DNA of 64,000 nucleotides from Candidatus Woesearchaeota archaeon (GTDB taxonomy: Archaea > Nanobdellota > Nanobdellia > SCGC-AAA011-G17 > JACPIM01). The notes under the pieces were generated by a model that had not been told where the DNA came from, did not search any database, and saw nothing but the letters and a program-made list of their open reading frames with translations. Positions 1 through 7,945 of this stretch are shown piece after piece. The position numbers and the translations under genes are program-made. The DNA lies in contig JAGWAC010000001.1 of NCBI GenBank assembly GCA_018302125.1, positions 33,684-97,683 on the forward strand, written 5' to 3'. The first letter of the stretch is position 1; each line of letters opens with the position of its first letter.

Positions 1-196
1 ATTGGGTCTAGGTATTAAAAACAAAAAGTTAGAAATTGCCTTAGCAAAATATCGCAATGAAGAAATAAGTGTTGGAAAAGCAGCAGAACTAGCAGAAATA
101 CCTTTAACAAAATTTATGAATATTTTGGTAGAAAGAAATATTACCTTTCATTATTCTATAGAAGATCTAGAAGAAGATTTTAAGGATGATTTCTAA
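1..196 (+). CDS. UPF0175-family antitoxin-like protein, C-terminal part (gene begins upstream of window)
   Basis: ORF reaches the window edge (first in-frame codon is TTG at 2). The 64 aa resemble the C-terminal half of the complete UPF0175 paralog at 13657-13965. The downstream PIN ATG (186) overlaps the last codons, as in TA operons. Confidence 0.5.
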   Translation, partial: LGLGIKNKKLEIALAKYRNEEISVGKAAELAEIPLTKFMNILVERNITFHYSIEDLEEDFKDDF

Positions 197-616
197 TTCA
201 ACACCATTAATTATATTTAGCAAATTAAATAAATTAGATTTATTGTTAAAGATCTTATTGACAAAAAACAAATTATTATAAAAAATTTAGATCAAAAATG
301 GCAAAATAAATCTGAATTTTTAAGAAAAACTTATCAATTAGGAAAAGGAGAAGCTGAAGCTATTGCTTTAGCTTTACAGGAAAAAGAAAATTATTTGTTA
401 ATAGATGATGAAACAGCTAAAAAAATTGCAAAACTTCATGAAATAAAATCTATTGGATCTTTAAAAGTTTTATTGCTTTCCTTTAAATCTAAATTTTTAA
501 TAGAAGATGAAGTTAAAAAAATGTTGATGGAGATGATAGGGAAAAATTTCAGAGTAAACTCAGAAGTTATAAATAGATTTTGGATTTTATTTGAAAAGTT
601 AAAAGAGACTAATTAG
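186..616 (+). pseudogene. PIN-domain protein (DUF3368-like), frameshifted copy
   Basis: ATG at 186 gives MISNSTPLIIFSKLNKLDLL..., matching the N-terminus of the intact paralog at 13190-13669 (MEAIANSTVIILLAKIRRLDLL). That frame stops at 279-281. The rest (GKGEAEAIALA...LIDDETAKKIA...) continues in the -1 frame to 616. The switch lies in the A-run at 261-270. Confidence 0.55.
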
Positions 617-800
617 CACCATGAAACTCATTGCCCTCTAGCAAGTTTCCATCTTGTTTAACAACCTCATTGCAAGTAATACAATAAAATAATTTATGCT
701 CTCTAAGCTTTTTTAATCTATGTCCAACCTTTCCATTCTCAACTGTAACTGTAATGGTCTTTCCCCCCATCTTAACCTTTTTGACAAAAAGCTTAACCAA
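609..800 (-). CDS. small hypothetical protein (63 aa, one CxxC)
   Basis: ORF only; no recognisable family. Confidence 0.25.
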   Translation of the reverse strand: MVKLFVKKVKMGGKTITVTVENGKVGHRLKKLREHKLFYCITCNEVVKQDGNLLEGNEFHGAN

Positions 801-903
801 AAATTTTTATTCTTCAGTGAACACTTTTTCTATTCCCATTTTTCCCGAGGCTTTTTTCTAAGACTTATTTTCTTTTCCAAGGTTTTCTTTTTTAAAGAAA
901 AGC

Positions 904-2415
904 TTAGCAGAAGTTTTCTTTTTCTTCATTTTTCTTTCTTATCATTCTTTTTAAAACTTCCCTTCCAACTGTGACTGCTTTTTGCTCTATTGGAAAACTG
1001 TACATGTTATAATTCCATCTTACATTAGAAATAGTTCCAAGAACTTGGACTAAAGGTCTTACCCATCCAACATATAATCTTTTTCTCTTGTACATTGTTC
1101 TGAAAATTCCAGCCCACCTTATTGCTTCCATAAATTTTTTGCTTTCTTCATTAATATAGCTTAATTCTTTGCAAGCTTCCCTAAAATTATCTGTCCATCC
1201 TTCTAAACTTTGGGGTGGTTTAAATCCTCTTTCAATAGCCTGTTCAAAACTAGGTGTTCCAGGATAAGGAGCATAAATATTCAATACATGTTCTGTCTTA
1301 GGATTAATCTCTTCTAAATCTTTTATAACATTTAATGTAATATAAACATCTTTCAAAGTCTCTCCAGGGTAACCCAGTATCCAGCTAAAATTTCCTTGAA
1401 CATCATATTTTTTTAGATTCTTTGCAGCCATGTAATAAGCATCTGGTCCAGAATCCTTAGTCATATATTCCAAAACTTCAAAACTTCCGCTTTCAGCACC
1501 TATTGTAACACTCGAGCATCCACCCTCTTTGATTCTTTTTGTCAAGCTGTCTCTCAACAAATGCCCTCTTATTGGTGCCTTCCAGTTAAAATCCAATCCT
1601 TCTTCTTTTTTTAAGTCTAAAATTTTCCACATCCTTAACGGATCTCCAAAAATATAATCATCATCAAAATTTACAAAATTAACTCCCCATTCTAATACTT
1701 TTTTTATTTCCTCAATAGATTTTTTAGGAGACCAGCCTCTAAATTTGCTCATTCCAAAAAAAGAAATATTATAGCAAAATCCGCATCTAAAGGGACATCC
1801 TCTTGATGTTATTACTCCGAGCCATTTTTTTCCATCAATGTCTCTTATATAATGTTGGGGATTTACTAAATCCCACCTCATGTCAATTTCATCTAAATTA
1901 GGAACTCCAGGACAAGGCTTGTTTATTTTTATATTTCCTTCTTTGTCTTTCCAATATAATCCATTAATATTAGAAAAATCCTTGTTGCCTTGTTTTAAGT
2001 TGTCAGCCAATCCTAAACTAGGCAATTCTCCTTCTCCCCTGATGACTGCATCAATAAGTGGATCTGCAATAGTTTGTTCTGGAAGTAAAGTTGGGTGAAC
2101 TCCACCCCACACAACAGGAACATCAGGACATTCTTGCTTAAAAAATTTAGAAAGTAATAAACCGTTTTCAATCATTGGTCCTGATTGGGAGCTTATTCCA
2201 AAAAATAATGGCTTAGAATGTTTAACAGCTTGTACTAATTCACTTCTGTTTTTTAATCCAAAACTCTCAAGCCTCTCATCATAAACAAAAACATTGTAAC
2301 CTTTTTTTAATAATAAATCAGAACACATCAACAAACCATAAGGGGGTTGATTTGGCGGATTAAATTCTTTCTCCCATAATTTTGGAAATACAAAAATGGC
2401 ATCATAATTTTCCAT
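904..2415 (-). CDS. B12-binding domain / radical SAM superfamily protein
   Basis: 503-aa ORF. Mid-protein has the CxxxCxxC cluster SRGCPFRCGFC, typical of radical SAM enzymes. The N-terminal region resembles a cobalamin-binding domain as in class B radical SAM proteins. Confidence 0.8.
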   Translation of the reverse strand: MENYDAIFVFPKLWEKEFNPPNQPPYGLLMCSDLLLKKGYNVFVYDERLESFGLKNRSELVQAVKHSKPLFFGISSQSGPMIENGLLLSKFFKQECPDVPVVWGGVHPTLLPEQTIADPLIDAVIRGEGELPSLGLADNLKQGNKDFSNINGLYWKDKEGNIKINKPCPGVPNLDEIDMRWDLVNPQHYIRDIDGKKWLGVITSRGCPFRCGFCYNISFFGMSKFRGWSPKKSIEEIKKVLEWGVNFVNFDDDYIFGDPLRMWKILDLKKEEGLDFNWKAPIRGHLLRDSLTKRIKEGGCSSVTIGAESGSFEVLEYMTKDSGPDAYYMAAKNLKKYDVQGNFSWILGYPGETLKDVYITLNVIKDLEEINPKTEHVLNIYAPYPGTPSFEQAIERGFKPPQSLEGWTDNFREACKELSYINEESKKFMEAIRWAGIFRTMYKRKRLYVGWVRPLVQVLGTISNVRWNYNMYSFPIEQKAVTVGREVLKRMIRKKNEEKENFC

Positions 2416-2479
2416 AAAACTTATTATACATCTCTTGGTTATTAATTTTTGTATATGATTTATATATTAATCTAAAAAA

Positions 2480-2610
2480 CTTCCGAAAATATAGTACTAG
2501 ACACCGGAAATATTGCGGCGTTTAAATTAGGATGTGAGCTCTATAACTTAGTTTTAACTACTGGACAAAATTGTACTGGACAACGGAGACCTGCCTGACG
2601 CTTATATAGG
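2480..2610 (+). repeat. promoter-like repeat element, copy A (3x TACT(A/G)GACA iterons + GCTTATATA TATA-like box)
   Basis: The first 29 nt (2480-2508, CTTCCGAAAATATAGTACTAGACACCGGA) match the start of copy B at 36709 (27/29 nt). The 3' end ...CTGCCTGACGCTTATATAGG is shared with copies B and C. Lies in the divergent intergenic region between 2415 and 2624. Confidence 0.5.
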
Positions 2611-2623
2611 AAAGTATATTTAT

Positions 2624-2857
2624 ATGATTGTGGTATTGAGAGCCAAATTTGAAAGTTTAGATGAACAAAGAAAATTCTTTGTAGAAATAAAAAAGAAATT
2701 AGGAATTGGAAGTCAAAAAATAAGTAAACTTCTTAGCCTAAAATCTCGTGGAGGTTTAGAAAGCTATACAGCAAAAAGAACATCACCGCCAGTTTGGATT
2801 ATTAAAAAACTATTTGAGTTATCGGGAATGAAACTGGCGATATTATTCTTGAAATAA
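2624..2857 (+). CDS. hypothetical protein (77 aa); probably continues in the +1 frame to 3117 (frameshift or pseudogene)
   Basis: ATG about 15 nt after the TATA-like box of repeat A. A second protein-like frame without a start codon (VIGNETGDIILEINDKKIIIEITRAIKRQAARFKIGQCYIQSFCNP...VASYDR) is open from 2818 to the stop at 3115-3117. It overlaps the 3' end of this ORF. Confidence 0.35.
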   Translation: MIVVLRAKFESLDEQRKFFVEIKKKLGIGSQKISKLLSLKSRGGLESYTAKRTSPPVWIIKKLFELSGMKLAILFLK

Positions 2858-3109
2858 ATGATAAAAAAATAATTATTGAAATTACAAGAGCCATAAAAAG
2901 ACAAGCAGCCAGATTTAAAATAGGTCAATGTTATATTCAATCTTTTTGCAATCCAAATTTAATGAAAATTTTAATCTGTTCTAAAAAATTGCTTAGTAAA
3001 ATAGAATTGAAAGCATTAGAAAATATGAAAACAATACCAATTTTTACTGAATTTGAAAATAATTGGGAAGAAAAGGTTTTAAATAGCTTATTAGAAATAG
3101 TGGCTTCTT

Positions 3110-4183
3110 ATGATAGATGAAATATTTCAAAAATTTACAGATGAAGATTTACAAAGTTATGAAAAGGCAGGTTACAAAATTGTTGGAAAAAATAAACATT
3201 CAGCAGTCCAATTATGCAGATGGACCAAATCCAAAATTTCTGGAGGAAAAAATTGCTATAAATCTGCTTATGGAATAGACAGTTCAAGATGCGTCCAAGG
3301 CACAGTTTCCTTAAATTTATGCCAATTTTCCTGCACATTTTGTTGGCGAACTTTCAAACACGATCGTTTTAAAAGTGAGGGAAAATGGGACGATCCTAAA
3401 ATAATTTTAGACGGTTTTATAGATGGACAAAGAAAACTATTAAGTGGTTATGGTGGAAATCCAAAAACCACAAAAGAAACCTTCAGAAAAGCTATGGATC
3501 CACAGCACATCGCACTCTCTTTAGATGGAGAAATGTTGTTATATCCGTTCATTACAGATTTAATCCGAGAAATAAAATCAAAAAATATGACTGTCTTTAT
3601 TGTTACAAACGGAACAATGCCCAATAAAATAAAAGAAATATTTGAAAAAGATACAGAGCCTGATAATTTATCTATAAGTGTTTATGCAACAAATAAAGAA
3701 GATTACAAAAAAGTTACAAATTCAATGATCCCAGATGAATTTGAAAAAGTAAAAGAAACTTTGGATTTAATGAAGAATTTTAAAACAGCTAGAACAATTA
3801 TGAGAACAACTTTGGTAAAAGGTTTAAATGACTATAATGCAGAGGAATTTTCAGAATTAATTAATAAATATAAGCCAAAATTTGTTCAATTAAAAGGCTA
3901 TTCCTGGTTAGGAGAATCTAAAAAAAGATTAAAATTAAGTAATATGCCTACCATGAAAGAAATTGAAGACTATGGAAAAATAATACAAGAAAAAACAGGA
4001 TATATCCCGAAACTAAAAGACAAAATTAGCAGAGTTATTATTTTTGTAAAAGATGAAAAAACATGGGGGTGGAATAAAGAAAAAAACAAAGAACAAGATA
4101 AAAGGCTAAGTCAGAGGCCAAAATCAAATTTCCAAACAAAAAAAGTCCTTAAAGGTATCAGTTTAGCTGTTATAGCACAATAA
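3110..4183 (+). CDS. taw1: tRNA 4-demethylwyosine synthase (Taw1/TYW1), radical SAM
   Basis: N-terminal KAGYKIVGKNKHSAVQLCRWTKS... and the Cys cluster CQFSCTFCWR are characteristic of archaeal Taw1/TYW1. It has a lysine-rich C-terminal tail. Confidence 0.8.
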   Translation: MIDEIFQKFTDEDLQSYEKAGYKIVGKNKHSAVQLCRWTKSKISGGKNCYKSAYGIDSSRCVQGTVSLNLCQFSCTFCWRTFKHDRFKSEGKWDDPKIILDGFIDGQRKLLSGYGGNPKTTKETFRKAMDPQHIALSLDGEMLLYPFITDLIREIKSKNMTVFIVTNGTMPNKIKEIFEKDTEPDNLSISVYATNKEDYKKVTNSMIPDEFEKVKETLDLMKNFKTARTIMRTTLVKGLNDYNAEEFSELINKYKPKFVQLKGYSWLGESKKRLKLSNMPTMKEIEDYGKIIQEKTGYIPKLKDKISRVIIFVKDEKTWGWNKEKNKEQDKRLSQRPKSNFQTKKVLKGISLAVIAQ

Positions 4184-4274
4184 TCTGCAAAGAAGTTTGC
4201 AAAATAGTTAATTATTTATCCCAGCATCACTTCTTAATTTTTGAGAAAGAGTTTTGCTCAATTTAAGATAAAAA

Positions 4275-4835
4275 TTATACACAAATTTCCCTAATAAAAC
4301 GTGTCCCAAAAAAACCCATATATTCTGCCGACATTTGCCATTCATAATTGAACTTTCCAATTATATAACTCCCACAAGAACTAATTCTACTAGGGCTTCC
4401 AACATTGGGTTTCGTAATAATCAAAGAAAATCTTTTTTCTTGCCCAGGACCAATACTATCTGTAGGATCAAGTTCAAAAATATTGCTAGTACCCCAGGGG
4501 TTGGGTTGGGAACCTTTCCATTTAAGCTTTATTCCTTTCTCTCTTGTCCATGTTTCTGTACCAGTATTTCTTATTGTAATAACATCATTATATTTGTTAC
4601 TTATAAAAGCCCAATTATAAGGAGCAAAAGAAGTTATTGCAGCATCAAATGGAACTGATGGTTGTTGTGCTTGTATGATTTCTGCAGGGCTTCTGCCAAA
4701 TGTTTCTGGCTGTGTAGATAAAATAGGAGGTGGGTTCTGTGGTGGAACAGGTAAATGAACTGGCCCTGTTTGTTTTTTGCGAATTTTTACTAAAGCTCCC
4801 TTCCCATAAGTGTAAAATTTATTGTTTATAAGGAG
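4275..4835 (-). pseudogene. protein-like reading frame of 186 codons lacking any ATG/GTG/TTG start (possible gene remnant or non-canonical start)
   Basis: Hand translation of the minus strand gives one continuous frame (...KIRKKQTGPVHLPVPPQNPPPILSTQPETFGRSPAEIIQAQQPSVPFDAAI...GSYIIGKFNYEWQMSAEYMGFFGTRFIREICV*). It is bounded by TGA upstream and TAA at 4275-4277. The listed + strand ORFs here look less protein-like. Confidence 0.25.
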
Positions 4836-4985
4836 TCAAATTTTTTTACAAATTAAAATGTACTTATAAGCCTTCTAGAGCCAAAATAGATTTTAGGAGC
4901 TAAACACGCACCCTTAAAGGTAAACTTTAAAAGAGATTATATTTCATATATTTTTTGGTTAAGCTTTTTTCCTAAAAAAGATTAA

Positions 4986-5059
4986 GGGCTCGTAGCTTAG
5001 CCTGGGAGAGCACTACGCTGAAGCCGTAGGTATCGGCGGTTCAAATCCGCCCGAGCCCA
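4986..5059 (+). tRNA. tRNA-Phe (anticodon GAA)
   Basis: Cloverleaf folds: acceptor GGGCTCG/CGAGCCC, anticodon stem CTACG/CGTAG with loop CTGAAGC, T-arm GGCGGTTCAAATCCGCC. Discriminator A; no encoded CCA. A T-run (gttttttt) follows. Confidence 0.85.
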
Positions 5060-5221
5060 GTTTTTTTCTTTTTCTGTAAATACTTTTTCCCAAAAAGGGT
5101 TTGTAAAAAGAATTAATTTTAATCAATAATTTACCTGATAAAATCTATCAAATTAGGATTAATTAACTTTACAGAGCCAAATAGAGAAATATTTATAATA
5201 TCAATAATTATCTAAAAATTA

Positions 5222-5746
5222 ATGCAAAAAAAGAGATTAAATAAAAGAGCAGCAATTGAACTTTCTATGACTACTATTGTTGTTATTATTCTAGGCATTA
5301 CTCTTTTAAGTTTGGGGTTATTATGGGTAAGGGGAACATTCAAAGATATTACAAGACTTTCTGACGATGCTTTTAGACAAGCAGATGGTGCAATTTCTGA
5401 TATTTTTGAAGAAGTAGATAAAGCAGTTTATGTTTCTCCGCCATCAATTGATTTAGAACAACAATCAGCAAAAACAGCACAATTCAGGATTACTAATTTT
5501 GAACAAGAACAAATAAAAATTAAAGCATCTGTCCAAAGTTCTGATTCAAAAATAAAATGTACTTTTGCAGATACATTCAAAACAGAATCCAAAGAATATA
5601 CGTTAGAATCTGGAAAAACAGTTGAAATTAAAGTTATAGTTGAAGATAGAGATAGTTCACTAGGAATAAAGGGTTGTAATTTTGAAGTTCCGGCAATTAA
5701 AAATGCAAATTCAGATTCTCTTGTAGTAACAGTAGTAAAAAAATAA
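5222..5746 (+). CDS. archaeal type IV pilin-like protein (class III signal peptide)
   Basis: N-terminus MQKKRLNKRAAIELSMTTIVVIILGITLLSLGLL has a basic stretch, a KR-A-A prepilin-like motif and a hydrophobic helix. The remainder is beta-rich and soluble. Confidence 0.5.
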   Translation: MQKKRLNKRAAIELSMTTIVVIILGITLLSLGLLWVRGTFKDITRLSDDAFRQADGAISDIFEEVDKAVYVSPPSIDLEQQSAKTAQFRITNFEQEQIKIKASVQSSDSKIKCTFADTFKTESKEYTLESGKTVEIKVIVEDRDSSLGIKGCNFEVPAIKNANSDSLVVTVVKK

Positions 5747-5793
5747 AGTATCTTTGGATAAAAATTATAAACCTATATTTTCTTTAAATTTCC

Positions 5794-7185
5794 ATGGTTT
5801 TGCAAATTTATAATACTTTAACAAGAAAAAAAGAAATTTTTACACCTTTAAAAAATAATCTTGTTGGATTATATACTTGTGGACCGACTGTATATCATTA
5901 CGCCCACATAGGAAACTTAAGGACGTATATATTCGAAGATATCCTGAAAAGAGTTCTTTTGTATAATAAATTCAAAGTAAAGCACGTAATGAATATTACT
6001 AATGTTGGTCATTTAACTTCTGATTCAGATACAGGTGAAGATAAAATGGAAAAAGGGGCAAAAAGAGAAGGTAAGTCAGTTTGGCAAATTGCAGATTTTT
6101 ACACAAAAGCATTTATGGAAGATATAAAAAAATTAAATATAATTAAAGCAAATATATTTTGCAAAGCAACTGATTATATAAAAGAACAAATAGAATTAAT
6201 AACAAAATTAGAGAAAAAAGGTTTTACTTATATAATTGAAGATGGAGTTTATTTTGATACTTCTAAATTAAAAGATTATGGGAAATTAGCCAAATTAGAT
6301 ATTGAAGGGTTAAAGGCTGGAACAAGAGTAGAATTTGTTAAAGGTAAGAAAAATATAACTGATTTTGCTTTATGGAAATTTTCTCCAAAAGATAAAAAAA
6401 GACAGATGGAATGGGATTCTCCTTGCGGAAAGGGTTTTCCAGGTTGGCATATTGAATGTTCTGCAATGTCAATGAAATTTTTAGGAGAAACATTTGACAT
6501 TCATTGCGGGGGTATTGACCATATACCTGTGCACCATACAAATGAAATTGCCCAGAGTGAAACAGCAACAGGTAAAAAATTTGTAAATTATTGGATGCAT
6601 GGGGAATTTTTGAATCTTGAAAAAGAAAAAATGGCTAAATCAGGTGAAAATTTTATTACTTTATCAACTCTCGAAAAGAGAGATTTTGATCCTTTAGCAT
6701 ATAGGTTTTTTTGCTTGTCAGCCCATTATAGATCTTCATTAAACTTTAGTTTTGAGGCTTTAGAATCAGCCAAAAATGGATTTGAAAAATTAAAAAATAA
6801 AATCTGGGAAATAAAAAAAGAAAAAGATAAAGTTAAAAAAGAAATAAAAGAAAAATATCGGGAGGAATTTTTAAAATTAATAAATAATAATTTAGATATG
6901 CCTGGGGCTCTTGCTTTATTATGGGACTTGATAAAAGAAAAAGAAATTTCAGGAAAATCAAAATTAGATTTAATTTTAGATTTTGATAAAATTTTTGGAT
7001 TAAATTTAAAAGATATTAAAGAAGAAAAAATACCAAAAGAAATTTTAAATCTAGTTAAACAAAGGGAAAAAGCAAGGCAAGAAAGGAATTTTGCAGAATC
7101 AGATAAATTAAGAAAATTAATCCAAGAAAAAGGATATACAATAGAGGATACAAAAGGCAAGCCTATTGTAAAAAAAGGGGTTTAA
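5794..7185 (+). CDS. cysS: cysteinyl-tRNA synthetase
   Basis: HIGN motif ([12 protein letters not shown]), zinc-binding Cys residues and KMSKS-like KMAKSGENF. Length 463 aa. Confidence 0.95.
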   Translation: MVLQIYNTLTRKKEIFTPLKNNLVGLYTCGPTVYHYAHIGNLRTYIFEDILKRVLLYNKFKVKHVMNITNVGHLTSDSDTGEDKMEKGAKREGKSVWQIADFYTKAFMEDIKKLNIIKANIFCKATDYIKEQIELITKLEKKGFTYIIEDGVYFDTSKLKDYGKLAKLDIEGLKAGTRVEFVKGKKNITDFALWKFSPKDKKRQMEWDSPCGKGFPGWHIECSAMSMKFLGETFDIHCGGIDHIPVHHTNEIAQSETATGKKFVNYWMHGEFLNLEKEKMAKSGENFITLSTLEKRDFDPLAYRFFCLSAHYRSSLNFSFEALESAKNGFEKLKNKIWEIKKEKDKVKKEIKEKYREEFLKLINNNLDMPGALALLWDLIKEKEISGKSKLDLILDFDKIFGLNLKDIKEEKIPKEILNLVKQREKARQERNFAESDKLRKLIQEKGYTIEDTKGKPIVKKGV

Positions 7186-7277
7186 ACAGATATAAGAATT
7201 CTCATATCATCAAAGCCTTTATAAATAATAACCTTTATAAATAGAATATCTATTTATAAATAAATTAGGAATTAAAT

Positions 7278-7829
7278 ATGGCTAAAAAAGAAATAAAGAT
7301 TCAGAATATAGTTGCTTCAGCCTCTTTAGGTCATGACATTCCTTTAATAAAATTAGCAGAAGCATTGCCAAATACAGAATATAATCCCGAGCAGTTTCCT
7401 GGTTTGGTAATGAGAATAAAAGAGCCAAAAACCTCAGCTTTAATATTTAGTTCTGGTAAAATTGTTTGTACTGGTGCAAAATCAATGGCTAAAGTTAAAT
7501 TAGCTGTGCACGCAATTATTAAAAATATTGAAAAAATAAAGATTAGAATTACTACTTTTCCACAAATTAAAGTCCAGAATATGGTGGCTTCAGGTTCAAT
7601 CCATATGGATCTAAATCTTAACTCATTAGCCTTAAAATTAGAAAATACAGAATATGAGCCAGAGCAATTTCCTGGTCTTGTATATAAGCTGCCAGAAACA
7701 AGAGCAACGTTTTTATTATTTAGCAATGGAAAAATAGTGTGTACAGGAACAAGAAGTGAATCAAAATTAAGGGAAGCAGTAGATCTATTGGTAAAAAATT
7801 TAAGCAAGATAGTAAAAAAAGGTAAATAA
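7278..7829 (+). CDS. tbp: TATA-box binding protein
   Basis: Two direct repeats, each with QNIVAS...EQFPGL...GKIVCTG, as is diagnostic of TBP. Length 183 aa. Confidence 0.95.
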   Translation: MAKKEIKIQNIVASASLGHDIPLIKLAEALPNTEYNPEQFPGLVMRIKEPKTSALIFSSGKIVCTGAKSMAKVKLAVHAIIKNIEKIKIRITTFPQIKVQNMVASGSIHMDLNLNSLALKLENTEYEPEQFPGLVYKLPETRATFLLFSNGKIVCTGTRSESKLREAVDLLVKNLSKIVKKGK

Positions 7830-7898
7830 TTCTTTCGAAAATCTTCCGGACAATACATTAATAAATAAGTTCATTGTATAGACTTATCTGTCTTTTTG

Positions 7899-7926
7899 AT
7901 GAAGCTTCCAAATGAAGCTTTTTATT
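7899..7926 (+). terminator. hairpin plus T-run downstream of tbp
   Basis: Two direct copies of the self-complementary octamer GAAGCTT(C/T) (7901-7920) can pair into a 7-bp stem around the loop CAAAT. They are followed by TTTTTATT. Confidence 0.3.
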
Positions 7927-7945
7927 AAAAAGATTCGGGGGAAAG

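Noticed and set aside
4335-4658. Two nested + strand ORFs (107 and 71 aa) in the gap after taw1
   Set aside because: Low-complexity translations. The opposite strand carries a longer, more protein-like frame across the same bases.
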